A stretch of 64,000 nucleotides of DNA from assembly GCA_963762565.1 (NCBI GenBank), contig CAVXLD010000001.1, positions 1 through 64,000 on the forward strand. The letters run 5' to 3'. Below, piece by piece: positions 41,700 through 53,530 of the stretch. The first letter of the stretch is position 1. The number at the start of each line of letters is the position of its first letter. The position numbers were made by a program, and so were the translations under genes. The notes beneath the pieces were generated by a model that was not told the origin of the DNA, did not search any database, and worked only from the letters and a program-made list of their open reading frames with translations. This stretch comes from an uncultured Verrucomicrobiae bacterium. GTDB taxonomy: Bacteria; Verrucomicrobiota; Verrucomicrobiia; Chthoniobacterales; JAFAMB01.

Positions 41700-42107
41700 C
41701 ACGTGAGGTCTCGAATAATGTTCCTACTATCTCTGTTTTTTTACTTTACTCTTTTCGCTTTTCATTTGATTTCTTGTGCTTTTGCTAAAGCGACTTTGTG
41801 TAGCGTTCTCTCGTGAGTTCGATGAGGCGGCTTCGACGTCTGTGGGCGACGCTTGATCGTGACAAGCGTCGCGTTGCAAAAAGTCCACCATTTTCCCCAT
41901 CGCCGTCGCTCGATGTCAAGCCGTTCGGCAAGGGCGCTGACCGCGGCGCTTCCAATTGGTTTAAGGCGCCAGGGTCAGAAATTGTGTGATCCGAAGCCCC
42001 GAGGCCTCAAGATGGGCGTCATAGAAGCGGGAGATCTGGCGCGCTGCCTTCCTCATGGCGAAGCAGTTGCACTGATCGATCCCGAGTGATTGGTTGACCT
42101 GCAGCAT
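41700..42107 (-). pseudogene. MarR family regulator, frameshifted (probably by sequencing error)
   Basis: Manual translation from 42107: MLQVNQSLGIDQCNCFAMRKAARQISRFYDAHLEASGLRITQF; 3' end approximate. Confidence 0.7.
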
Positions 42108-42109
42108 CC

Positions 42110-43005
42110 TTAATCTCTCACGACATCGTTAAATTGTCCGAAGCCGCGCTGGTCAGACAAAAGCCTTCCGATGTTTTTCGATGAAAGCCGAGATCGAAAA
42201 CGGCGGCTTCGGTGATCTTCCCACCCATCGTTGGTCCGCGAAGATACCTTCCGGTAGTCTGCGCGACTTCGACGAGGTGCTGCCCAGGAACGGTGGAAAC
42301 TTGTACGCTCGATCTTTTGCTTGAACACCTCAATGGAAGTCGGCGCGTACTCGATCTTCGCTCCGAGCACCTCGCTCATAGCAGCGGCGATTCGGTATGG
42401 TTCATCTCGACCGGACCATGGAGGGTGTAAATTTTACCTTCGCAGCCGGCTGGCTTTGAAGAAGGTAGGCGATGACCTCTGATCCTCCGCGCTGATCGGG
42501 CTGACGCCCATTTTCGAAGGGAAATTCGATCTTTTTCTGGCCTTAACCTCCTTCGAGAAATTCGGGCAGAACAGTTAGTCTGCTAATAGGTGGGGCGAAG
42601 ATGCGTCGTGTCCACGTCTGACCAGTCGAAGACTTGTTCAGAAACTCAGTGGTCCTGCGCGGCGTGGCTCGTTGACTCTCGCCGTGCCGAAATCTGCGAC
42701 ATGTTGACGATTGCGTGACGCCGGCTTCCTTCGCGGCCTGTGCGAAATAAGCGGCGGCGCTGTTGATACCCGGCGCGATTGGATGAAGGAAATAGGCCGA
42801 GCTGATGCCTCCATGGCCGCACGGATGTGATCGATGTCGGTGGAATCGCCGACGGCAATAGCAGCTCCGCGCTGTCTCAAGGCGGCCGCCGCTCGTCATC
42901 CGAGCGCACATAAGCTCGGATGCGCTTTCTCATCTCCAACAGATGTCGATGGCGAACCGCGGTACGACCGGTGGCGCCGCTCACTAGAATGTCAGCTTGA
43001 TTCAT
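42110..43005 (-). pseudogene. NmrA-family protein, multiply frameshifted (probably sequencing error)
   Basis: MNQADILVSGATGRT start; fragments AYFAQAAKEAGV, IVNMSQISARRES, MSEVLGAKIEY. Confidence 0.75.
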
Positions 43006-44234
43006 GATTTTTCTTTACTAAGAGCTTGCTCCTATCTACCTACGAGCTATGCTTCTATCGTCAAGCTGTTTCGACGCACTCGTGCACGCGCTGCCCCCCC
43101 CCCCCTTAAATACCAAAATCATACGTGTGAAACCGATAATGTACTAACCTCTATTATGTCTAACTATATTCCGTTAAAAAAAAAAAAAACTTCACCGATC
43201 GCGGTCGAATGACGCATCGTGCGTGTGGAACCGAAGTCTTTGGCCTTTGATGGCTCGTGTCCGCTCGCTGTGGTAGAGTGGTGCAAATTATATCCGATCT
43301 CTCTTGCTAAAACGGTACCTCTTCTAGATAATAGGTCAGTATCAGATTAGTTTCTCTGTTTCTAATTAGGTTTTTTCTTAAATTTCCGATTTCGTTCAGG
43401 CTATCAAGTAGCATTCAATTTTTCTTGCTTTTTTTTATCTTCTTCTTTTCCTCTCTTTTTTTTTTTTTTTCATTTTTTTTTTTTTTTTTTTTCTCCATTT
43501 TTTCACTATTTTCTTTTCCTTTCCTCTCCTTTTTTTCCTTTATCTCTCTATTTCTTTTCTATTCTTCCCTTCTTTCTCTATCCTATTTTACTCCTCCCCA
43601 CTCCTCACGCTCCCCTCTCGTGATTACCGCTTAAGCCTGCCAGACTATTATCCTGTGCTCGGTTTTGTTTAGCTCCTTTCGCTCCCTCCCCTCATAGTCG
43701 CTGGAGTCGCGCGCACTCTCATCTCCCCGCAGTTTTCCGGCGTCTGGTGGCGAAGCCAGATCGCGGCGCCACGAGGACACGCTCCCAGCGCATCAGGCTA
43801 CAAGGCATTCCACCATTTCCCGCCGTAGCGATCGGGTTCAAACTTGCCCTCAAGCTGGAAAACCGCGTTTCATGTGCTCGAGCTGCGCCTGCCTCTAAAC
43901 AACAAACCCCCCCCCTCCCCCCCCCCAACCCCCCCCCCCCCCAAAAAAAAAAATGGCTGGCCGGCAGTACCACACTGGAATCGCAAAGATACCTCGCTAC
44001 ACCCCCCCTGCGGAAACGTTGGCCCCGTCAGGTCTGCGCCGCCCCTCCCCATCCTCTCAAGCTCGTCCGTGTGGCAGAGCCTCGACCTGCGCGCGCATCC
44101 TGATCTCAACGGACGCCTGCACCTAGCCCAAAGTACGCAGCGGAACTGCCAGCGCGCGGCGTGAGGCGTACCAGCGCAACTGAGATCGCAAAGATCGCTC
44201 CTGATGTTTCTTTCTTCGAGCACTTTTTTTTTTT

Positions 44235-44318
<84 letters not shown>

Positions 44319-44492
44319 TCTCCTCTCTGGCTGAACGCGGCTTGGTCGCGTCGACGCCGACCAGCGTCGTGAAAACCCAGCTCCTCAGCGACAGCAACAA
44401 AATAGAGCTTATGTGGTACTTCACGGAGGTCTCGATTCTCAATGCTTCGCAGCACCCAACACCACCCTCCTCCCTCTCCCAACTCATCTCCC

Positions 44493-44788
<296 letters not shown>

Positions 44789-45074
44789 CCCCCCCCTTAT
44801 GCGGGAGAACCGAGGCCGGTACGTAACACACTGGATCGCGTATCAAGTCGCTAAGAGAAGATCATTACAATGATTTCGATGATTTTGGTAGTGCGACATC
44901 TCGTTGACGCGACTAACGAAGACGGAGCACGGCCGCAGGTAACCGGAGGGCCTTCTATCACACCGTACCCCTAACGGGACTAACTACGGAACGCGATAGG
45001 AAGACAGAACTCATTCACTGATCAGCTCGCATAGAGGAAGAAAGAGTGAAAGAAAAATCTAGAAGTATGAATAA

Positions 45075-45094
45075 ATGCAAGTAGTTACTTGCAT
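45075..45094. promoter_or_regulatory. Candidate TetR operator ATGCAAGTAGTTACTTGCAT
   Basis: Palindrome just upstream of the degenerate tetR; related site at 45905-45924. Confidence 0.5.
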
Positions 45095-45129
45095 AGCTAA
45101 GACCTATACCATTATTCCAAATTAACTAA

Positions 45130-45715
45130 GACAACGGGCTCTACGGTGAAGAGATAGGGAGCGTATTCTGAGAGCCGCCGAAAACTTTGCTAGCGACGGT
45201 TTTCAGGGTGCGACCACTCGGGAAATGATGATGAAGCAAAGGTGCAAGAGACGACGCTTTTACGCCACTACGGACGAGAGATGAGCTGCTGCGCGAGACC
45301 ATTCTTAGCGCGGAGATTTCTCTGAGGAGCTCAACGGGCCACCGCTTCCTGGAAGAACGATTTGACGGGCAATAGGAGCAGTATGTTCAGAAATACTATG
45401 CGCTGCTGTTGAAAAGGGAAGAAATAGACAGGGCTAGGTAGATGAGGGAAGAATACTGAGATGGCTGTACGCTGAGCTAGTATGGAAAAGATGGCGCTAA
45501 GAGAGCGACAATGGTAGATCGTCTGCGAGAGAAGGAGAGCGGGAGATGTGCGCGCGGACGACGACCTAAGCTGTGCTGTCGATATGCTGCGCGATGCTGT
45601 CCACACTGATGCACGTACACGACCTACGGGACGAACGGCTCTTCTGTTGACACCTATCTAAAAACAGTAGTCGCCGTTTTCCTAGAAGGACTTAGGAATC
45701 TTAGCAGAATCTGAC
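45130..45715 (+). pseudogene. Degenerate TetR regulator
   Basis: Fragments ILRAAE, FASDGFQGATTRE, ETTLLRH; boundaries approximate. Confidence 0.6.
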
Positions 45716-45904
45716 AAATAATTAGGGCGGATTAAATGACGTTTCTATACAGTTATCTATGGCTAACATATGGTGTGAAAGCTTTGACTGAGCCGCTCGA
45801 TTGCTTCCGAGATTCGCTCCTTAAAAATAAAGACTGTGTCTACTACGAGCTAGACGCCATTGCGAATTAATGAGTGACTGTAGGTTCAAGCTCATTTTAA
45901 AACT

Positions 45905-45924
45905 TTGCTAGTAGTTACTAGCAA
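45905..45924. promoter_or_regulatory. Candidate TetR operator TTGCTAGTAGTTACTAGCAA
   Basis: Second palindromic copy upstream of the degenerate emrA. Confidence 0.5.
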
Positions 45925-46345
45925 TCTGTAACAATGCAGGTAAATACTTCCGATCTATGACTCCATCAGCGTACCACTAAGCACCTTGCATTAAAGCTGG
46001 ATAGTCGGATTTAACTAAGAAACGGGTTCAGGCAGAGACTGAACTGAAATCTCCAGGAACGATTCTAGACACCAAGAGAAATAGCTAAAAAGGAAGGAGA
46101 CAATGAGATGAATTATTAAGTCTTTTTAACAGTCGGGAACAGCTGCTAAGAGCAACTATAGAGAAAGACTATGAAGCTATAGACGAGCTGATAGAAAGAA
46201 GAGAATCTGCGAGACGAACTGCTGGGCGATTGAAAGATACAACTGCGACATTTATGCGACGGTGAACAGCGCGGCGATTGAGTGAGTTCAACGACGAAGA
46301 GAGACTATAGAAAGAAAAGATAGAAGATAACTAAAAGAGATAAAG

Positions 46346-46533
<188 letters not shown>

Positions 46534-46599
46534 AAAAAAAAAAAGAGAGAAAAAAGAAAGAGAAGAAAAGGAAAAAAGAGAAAGAAAGAAAAGATAGAG

Positions 46600-47850
46600 A
46601 AATATGTACAGGAGAGTAGCCCAAAGTTCCTGCGAAATAGAGCGAACGGGACGGAAAGCATCGTTAGGACACAGGTTAGGTAAGAGGTTTCTAAGAACAC
46701 TTTTAGGAGAAGGTCTGGTACAGATACTGGCTGTTGTAGGCCTATATATATATGCGCAATCAATGAGCTATCAGTCAACCGATGACTTTCATAGAGGGAA
46801 AAGTTACAGGGGTAGAGAAGAAGATAGAAGGGAGGATAGACAAGGTATAAGATGGAGACAATCAGTAGGTGAAGAAAGGGGAAAAGATAGAAGAGATAGA
46901 TACTAGGGATAAAGATGAAAAGCTAAGGCAGAAACAGGAGGCAAGGGAGAGAAAAGAGGCGAACGCGGCGGCAGAGCAGGCCGACGTTGATCAGCAGATG
47001 GCTAAAGTCAAGAGTCTGCAGGCGACGATCGACCAGGACAAGGCGAAGCAAGAATCTTCTCAGGCGCAGGCAGACCAAGACGACGACGACCTGCGCCGTG
47101 AGCAAGACCGTATAGCCGGCACGTCGTCTCGATCCAGGATACATCCATTCTCAGGCCGCGAATCGCGCCGCACAGGCGAACCAGGATTCAGCTAGAATGA
47201 AGGTGAGTTCGGCCGAGGCGCAGTAGCTAGAAGGGCAGGCTGAGGTACGGACCTATCAAGCACTAGTGCAGGTTGTTCTTGCAAAAGAACAAGAAAACGA
47301 GGCTAACGTCGAAGCCGCCAGCTAAATGATACGTACACAAAGCTGTTAGAGATAGAGTAAGGTCAGATCAAGCACAAAGCAGTAGAACAGGGTGACTATG
47401 TCCAGGTAGGTGAAAGCCTGGTAGATCTAGATCGAGAAAACATCTATGTGACGGCGAACTATAAGGAAAATGAGCTAGATCTGATGCGCTCTGGACAGCG
47501 GGTAGAAATCGAGGTGGATACGCTAGGGGGCAGAAAATACAAAGGTCAGGTAGAAAGTGTTCAGAAGGGTAGCGGCGCAGCGTTCAGCCTCTTACCGCCG
47601 GAAGATGCTACAGGGAACTAAGAGAAGGTAGATCAGCGGGTTAGGTGAAAATCCTTTTCGACTCGATTACCGATGTGGGCTTGCCACTCGGACCGGGTGA
47701 GTAGGTAGTCCAGACAGTCAAAGTGCAAGATTATCATTATTCCACTCTTCAATTGATGATGGCGGCTGCGTTGACAGGAGCAGCAATCCTAGGGGTTTTT
47801 GGTGGGGAACCAGGGCACCCAAAGCAAAGAAGAACGCTTAATTCTCTTAT
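46600..47850 (+). pseudogene. Degenerate HlyD/EmrA membrane fusion protein
   Basis: Fragments SYQSTDD, coiled coil, ANYKE, GSGAAFSLLPPEDATGN upstream of intact emrB; boundaries approximate. Confidence 0.75.
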
Positions 47851-48000
47851 GAAAACTAAGAAAGTGACTCGTGAGCGCAATCCATTCCTTTTAACTGGTA
47901 AGCGGCGTTGGCGGCCATTTCGCTGGATCTGGCCGCGTATCTGGCGCGACGACGCGATAAATCATTCATTGAGCCACGGCCCCACACATGTCTAGTCTCG

Positions 48001-49581
48001 ATGCCTGATCAAAACCCGGCTCAAACAGAGCAGCCATGGAAACCGGCTGCTAATCCCTGGTGGATAGCAGCGGGCGTGATGTTGGCGACGTTCATGGAGG
48101 TGCTTGATACCTCAGTGGCCAACGTTTCTTTACCGCACATCGCCGGAACGCTCTCGGTTAGTAGCGATGAATCAACCTGGGTGCTTACGAGCTATCTGGT
48201 TTACAATGCGGTAATTTTGCCTGCCAGCGGTTGGCTCGGTCGAAAGTTCGGCCGCAGACGCTTCCTGATCACTTGTATTACGATCTTTACGATTGCTTCG
48301 GTGCTCTGCGGACTGGCTGACAGCCTGAGTTTTCTGATTCTAGCACGAGTTATCCAGGGTGCGGGAGGAGGCGCTCTGCAACCGGTCTCCCAAGCCGTGA
48401 TGTTGGAGATTTTCCCTAAAGAGAAGCGGGGAGCCGCCATGGCTGTATACACCATGGGAGTGGTGGTGGCCCCGATTCTTGGGCCCACTCTGGGTGGGTG
48501 GCTTACTGACAGCTATTCCTGGCGTTGGGTTTTCTACATTAATCTTCCAGTTGGCATTGTAGCGATCCTGATGTGTCTCCGCTTTCTGGAGGACTCTCCG
48601 TACCTGAAGAACAAGCCGGCCGGGAAAATTGATTTCCTTGGAGTCGGGCTCTTGGCTCTATGGATCGGCTGCCTTCAAGTAATGCTCGACAAAGGCCAGG
48701 ATGCCGACTGGTTTTCATCGAATTTTATTTGTTGGTTGGCAGTGCTCGCACTCCTTGGTTTTGTCATTTTCGTTGTACGGGAACTGACGGCACCAAACCC
48801 GATTGTGAATCTGCGCGTGTTGAAGGATCGAAATCTTGCGATCGGGGTCGTCTTAAACCTAACGGTTGGAGCAATCCTCTACGGCACTACCACAGTACTT
48901 CCGCTTTTTTTGCAAAGCTTACTTGGGTACACTTCCTACCAAGCGGGCCTAGTAATGACCCCAAGGGGGATCGGGGCGATTATCGGTAGCGTCGTTGCTG
49001 GGCGCATTATTTCCAAGATCGATGGCCGTCTCTGGATGGGTCAAGGCGCGGTAATGCTTAGTCTCAGCATGTTTATGATTGGTGCGGTCAGCCTGAACAT
49101 CTCTCCGAGTAACATCATTTGGCCAATCATCATCACGGGATTTGCTAGCACTTCGATCTTTGTCCCGATGTTCACTTTTGCGGTTGCGACCCTGAAGCCC
49201 GAGAACATGGGGGATGCAGCCGGTCTAACCAGCCTGGTCAGAAACCTTGGAGGATCGGTTGGAATATCGTTAGTGACAACTCTGGTGACCCGCGGCACCC
49301 AAGCGCACCAGGCTTTGCTGGTTGGACACCTCACGAAATTCGACGCGCCTTTCCGAAGCCAGCTCGCTACGTTGCAACATTCGTTGACCGCTCAGTCGGG
49401 CCAAGCTGCGTTGATGCAGGCTTACGGCGTCTTGTACCAGGCTCTTCAACAGCAAGCGGGTCTATGGGCTTACGTGGACAATTTTCGGCTCCTGTCGCTG
49501 ATCTGTATCGCGTTAGTACCCATCATCGTCCTGTTCAAGAAAGGGAAGGCGTCACCGGGTGCGGCCGCTGGGGCTCACTAA
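48001..49581 (+). CDS. DHA2/EmrB-type MFS efflux permease
   Basis: ATFMEVLDTSVANVSLPHIAG, WVLTSYL, APILGPTLGG, RNLGGS. Confidence 0.93.
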   Translation: MPDQNPAQTEQPWKPAANPWWIAAGVMLATFMEVLDTSVANVSLPHIAGTLSVSSDESTWVLTSYLVYNAVILPASGWLGRKFGRRRFLITCITIFTIASVLCGLADSLSFLILARVIQGAGGGALQPVSQAVMLEIFPKEKRGAAMAVYTMGVVVAPILGPTLGGWLTDSYSWRWVFYINLPVGIVAILMCLRFLEDSPYLKNKPAGKIDFLGVGLLALWIGCLQVMLDKGQDADWFSSNFICWLAVLALLGFVIFVVRELTAPNPIVNLRVLKDRNLAIGVVLNLTVGAILYGTTTVLPLFLQSLLGYTSYQAGLVMTPRGIGAIIGSVVAGRIISKIDGRLWMGQGAVMLSLSMFMIGAVSLNISPSNIIWPIIITGFASTSIFVPMFTFAVATLKPENMGDAAGLTSLVRNLGGSVGISLVTTLVTRGTQAHQALLVGHLTKFDAPFRSQLATLQHSLTAQSGQAALMQAYGVLYQALQQQAGLWAYVDNFRLLSLICIALVPIIVLFKKGKASPGAAAGAH

Positions 49582-49605
49582 CCTGGGCCACCGAATTTCG
49601 CCTAG

Positions 49606-50125
49606 ATGCGAAAGACGTCGCGTTTCGAAGAGCTTTTTCTTCCGCACTTAGATGCGGCTATAGCTTTGCTCGTTGGATCGTCGGAAGGGATCAAGACGCA
49701 CAGGACGTTGTCCAGGAAGCGTATGCTCGCGCGTTGAAAGGGTTTTCCGGCTTCCAAGGAGAAAACCCACGGGCTTGGCTGCTAACCATTGTCCATAACA
49801 CTGCCAACGGCTGGATTAGTATACCTATAAACGAAGAAAAGCTGATGCCATTTGATGAAGATGCCACGCGGTTCCGATGGAAGTCCTCTTCTCTCAACTG
49901 TTCATGAGAGACGACGAGAGCTGTTGGCAGAAGCCTTGAACGGCTCCAGGCTGAGTTTAGTGAAGTCTTGTTCCTGTTAGAGATCGAGAGATGGTCTTAA
50001 AGCAATTGCAGCGGCGCTTAACGTGCGGCTGGAAACCGTGAGGTCACGTCTGCAGGGCGCGCGTCGTCGCATGCAACAAGAGCTGACTCAAGGTCGAGAA
50101 AGGCAAATCGGAGAATCCCCCTGAA
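49606..50125 (+). pseudogene. ECF sigma-70 factor, frameshifted
   Basis: FEELFLPHLDAA, then FARW...DAQDVVQEAYARA...RAWLLTIV, and region 4 remnants (ETVRSRL) in other frames. Confidence 0.75.
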
Positions 50126-50260
50126 ACATTCTCCGGAATCCTCTTCACGCTCGGTTCGCCGCCTCAGTCTTCAGGAGGGCCGAGGGAACGGAGTAGGTCA
50201 GGCTCGTTGAGAAGCCGGCGGCAGTGGTTTGTTTAATAAGACGAAGGAGTGAAAAACATC

Positions 50261-50915
50261 ATGGCGACAGAAAAAATCCGGGTTGGCATCATTGGAGCAA
50301 GTATGCGCAACGGCTGGGGGCGCGACGCCACATTCCGGCCTTGAGCGCGCTTCCTGAATTCGAGATCACGGCGGTCAGCACGAGCCGCCAGGAAACCGCA
50401 GACGAAACGGCCAAGCATTTCGGAATTCCCCATGCTTTTGCCGACCCTTACAGATGCTCCAGCATCCCGACGTGGACCTCGTCTCGATCTGCGTGCGGGT
50501 GCCTTTTCACCATCAGCTGGGGATGGCTGCTTTGAATGCCGGCAAGCATCTTTACTGCGAATGGCCGCTGGCGGCCACCACTGAGCAGGCTCAACAGATC
50601 TGTGATTTGGCCGTCCGCAAAGGGGTCCGCCACATGGTGGGACTACAAGCTCGCGGAGCGCGCGAGTTCAATCGCGTCAGAGACTTGGTCGCCGAGGGCT
50701 ATGTTGGCAAGGTGCTTTCCTGCACGATGATCATAGCGACGCCAGCCTGGGGCACCGAATTCACGAATGATTGGGCCTATATGGCAGATCGCTCGAACGG
50801 CAATACTCTAATGAGCAGCCCGGAGGACACTCACTAGACGCTCTATGCTTCTGCCTTGGGGAGTTCAAAGAGCTGTCCAGCGTGGTGGCGAATCAGCGCC
50901 AGCGCCACACCGTAA
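50261..50915 (+). pseudogene. Gfo/Idh/MocA oxidoreductase, frameshifted and C-terminally short
   Basis: MATEKIRVGIIGA, PDVDLVSICVRVPFH, GKHLYCEWPLA, VGLQAR. Confidence 0.8.
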
Positions 50916-50944
50916 GAAAACTCATCATCTGAAAGGAGAAACCC

Positions 50945-51546
50945 ATGCCTGAGCTTTCGCACATCGATCCGCGGAGCGCCGCGCTGTTGGTGATGGATTA
51001 TCAGGTCGATACCCTCACCAAGTTCATGACGGCTGCGCAGTCCGCCGATGCGATCGCGTGCGTGCCTGATCTGATCGCCATGGCACGAGACACGGGCATG
51101 ATGGTGCTTCACGTCGTTGTCGCATTCCGGCCCGGCCATCCCGAGGTCAGCCCCCGTAACCCCTGTTCAGCGCGCTGAAGGCAAACGGAATGGCGGTGGC
51201 CGGGAGCGAAGGCGCCGCCATCCATCCTGCCGCAGCGCCACGAGAGGGGGAACCGATCGTGGTCAAGCACCGCATCAGCCCGTTCGTTGGCACCGACCTG
51301 GAGACGCTGCTGCGCGCCAACGGCATCGACACGCTGGTGCTCGCCGGTGTCCACACCAGCGGCGTCGTACTGTCGACCGTTCGCCACGCCGGCGATCTGG
51401 ATTATCGGTTGGTCGTCGTCCGTGATTGTTGCGCCGACCCAGATGCAGAGGTGCATGCGACGCTGCTCGACATCGTCATCGCGAAGCAGGCGGCCGTCGT
51501 CACCACGGCGGAGCTCGCCGGCGCCCTGCCTGGCAGGTCTTCATGA
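50945..51546 (+). CDS. Isochorismatase/cysteine hydrolase family protein, 1-nt frameshift near 51160
   Basis: ALLVMDYQ, then KHRISPFVGTDL, LAGVHTSGVVLST, DCCAD; AGGAGA RBS. Confidence 0.85.
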
Positions 51547-51827
51547 ATAAACGCGAGCGATAGACCTGGAGAAGCGTCGCCACTCCCTCATCAATCCCTT
51601 TGCTCCCAGGCAGTGAATGCCTGGCTACGTTCATCAAGTCCCTCCGCCAACAGCACACTCTCTCGAAAAAAATCACCTAGACGAAACGGTCAAACGACGC
51701 TTGTAAACAGGAGAACGCTTCGAACGTAGCGATGCGGGCCGGGCCTTCGGGACAAAAGGTCCGGTCTGAAAACTCTGCCCCTCTAGAAACTATTAGACGA
51801 AATGCGCAAATGACGCTTGTAAACAGG

Positions 51828-51887
51828 GAGAACGCCAAACGCCAAACGCCAAACGCCAAACGCCAAACGGCGAACGGCGAACGCCAA
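51828..51887. repeat. AACGCCA heptamer tandem array
   Basis: Multiple tandem copies; same unit at 22814, 39450 and 54951. Confidence 0.9.
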
Positions 51888-53354
51888 ATGAACCGCCCAC
51901 TGCAAACCGAACTCGGCCAGCCGAGCCTAAGCCAAACAATTGATCCGGCAGCGCGGACAGAAATCATCGTGGGCGTCCTGCTTGCGATGTTTCTGGCAGC
52001 GCTTGATCAGACAATCGTTTCGCCCGCGTTGCCGACTATCGGGTCGTCATTAGGAAACGCGGAATACCTTTCCTGGATTGTCACCGCTTATCTTCTCACG
52101 GCGACAGCAGTAACACCGCTATACGGCAAGCTCGCCGATATCAGAGGGCGGCGTCCGGTTATTTTTGCAGCACTCGGAATTTTTGTAGCCGGATCAATTA
52201 TCTCGGCTCTGGCTGGATCGATGTTAGTGCTCATTATCGGCCGGGCCATCCAAGGGATCGGCGGCGGCGGTTTGGGCGCATTAGCCATGACGGTTATCGG
52301 CGATGTGGTTGCTCCCCGTGAACGAGGCCGATACCAAGGATACATTTCCGGCATGTGGGGGATCGCAAGTTTAGCAGGACCGGTGGTCGGCGGTTTTCTA
52401 TCTCAAAAGCTGCACTGGTCGATGATCTTCTGGATCAATCTACCGCTAGCTGCGATCGCGATTGCCTTTTTTAACAAGCCGTTGAAGAAACTACCTCCGG
52501 TCCGTGGCCAACATAAGTTGGATTTGCTTGGGGCAAGTCTGGTGATCCTGGCCACGACCTGTTTGATGTTACTGTTGACCTGGGGCGGTTCACGGTATGC
52601 GTGGGCCTCGCCACAGACTCTCGGACTAATGGCGGTGTCGCTGGTGTTTTGGGTCTTGTTTGGTTTCAGAATTCGGCATTGCGATGAGCCGATTCTTCCG
52701 ATTGAAGTGTTGAAGAACCCAATCGTAGCAACGGCGACTGCGTCGAACTTTTTCTCGATGGCAGTCAATCTTGGCCTCGGCGTTTATATTCCTCTGTATT
52801 TACAAGGGGTTCGGCATCTGGACCCCAGCACCGCGGGTCTGAGCTTGGTTCCGTTGATGGTTAGTATGGTATGCGGCGCCGCGTTCTCGGGCTGGATGAC
52901 AACCCGATTGAAACATTACAAACGAGTTGCATTGTTTGGGGTAACGATGGCCGCAATGGCCCTCTTTTCGTTGGCGGCTTGGGCCGGAACATTGCCTTAC
53001 CTTGCGCTAGAAGCTGTCTTTATGATCGCCGGCGCCGGAATCGGGACTTCGTTTCCGTTAGTCATTATCAGTGTGCAAAACGCAGTGGACCCGGCGCATC
53101 TCGGTGTGGCGACCGGTGCGGCAACGTTTCTGCGGGCGCTCGGTGGCGCCATCGGTGTCTCAGTTCTCGCTGCTATTTTTCTCGGTTATGGGTTTGCCCA
53201 ACACGTCGATTCTGGAAAGAGCCTAAGCGATCTCGGACCCCACGCGGCAGCCGCTTTCTCCACAATTTTCTTAACGGCCGGGATCGGACTAATCATCACC
53301 GATGTGTTTCTCCTTTTGATGGAAGAGAAACCGCTGCGTAGTAGTGAGCAGTGA
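51888..53354 (+). CDS. MDR-type MFS transporter (14-TMS)
   Basis: MFLAALDQTIVSPALPTI, WIVTAYLL, YGKLADIRGRR; upstream ORF extension is heptamer repeat. Confidence 0.92.
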   Translation: MNRPLQTELGQPSLSQTIDPAARTEIIVGVLLAMFLAALDQTIVSPALPTIGSSLGNAEYLSWIVTAYLLTATAVTPLYGKLADIRGRRPVIFAALGIFVAGSIISALAGSMLVLIIGRAIQGIGGGGLGALAMTVIGDVVAPRERGRYQGYISGMWGIASLAGPVVGGFLSQKLHWSMIFWINLPLAAIAIAFFNKPLKKLPPVRGQHKLDLLGASLVILATTCLMLLLTWGGSRYAWASPQTLGLMAVSLVFWVLFGFRIRHCDEPILPIEVLKNPIVATATASNFFSMAVNLGLGVYIPLYLQGVRHLDPSTAGLSLVPLMVSMVCGAAFSGWMTTRLKHYKRVALFGVTMAAMALFSLAAWAGTLPYLALEAVFMIAGAGIGTSFPLVIISVQNAVDPAHLGVATGAATFLRALGGAIGVSVLAAIFLGYGFAQHVDSGKSLSDLGPHAAAAFSTIFLTAGIGLIITDVFLLLMEEKPLRSSEQ

Positions 53355-53530
53355 ACAGTGAGCAGTAAGCAGTGAGAAGTGAGAGGTGATTGGTGGAGGG
53401 CCTGCCCTGAGCAAGCCTCAGGGGCGTCGAAGGGGTGATCTGGCATCTCGATAAGCTCGTTGACAGGCAAGCATGTCGGCGCTCGAAGAGGTACTGGTAG
53501 ACTGTCCTCGGCGTCTGTCAGCCGGCGATG

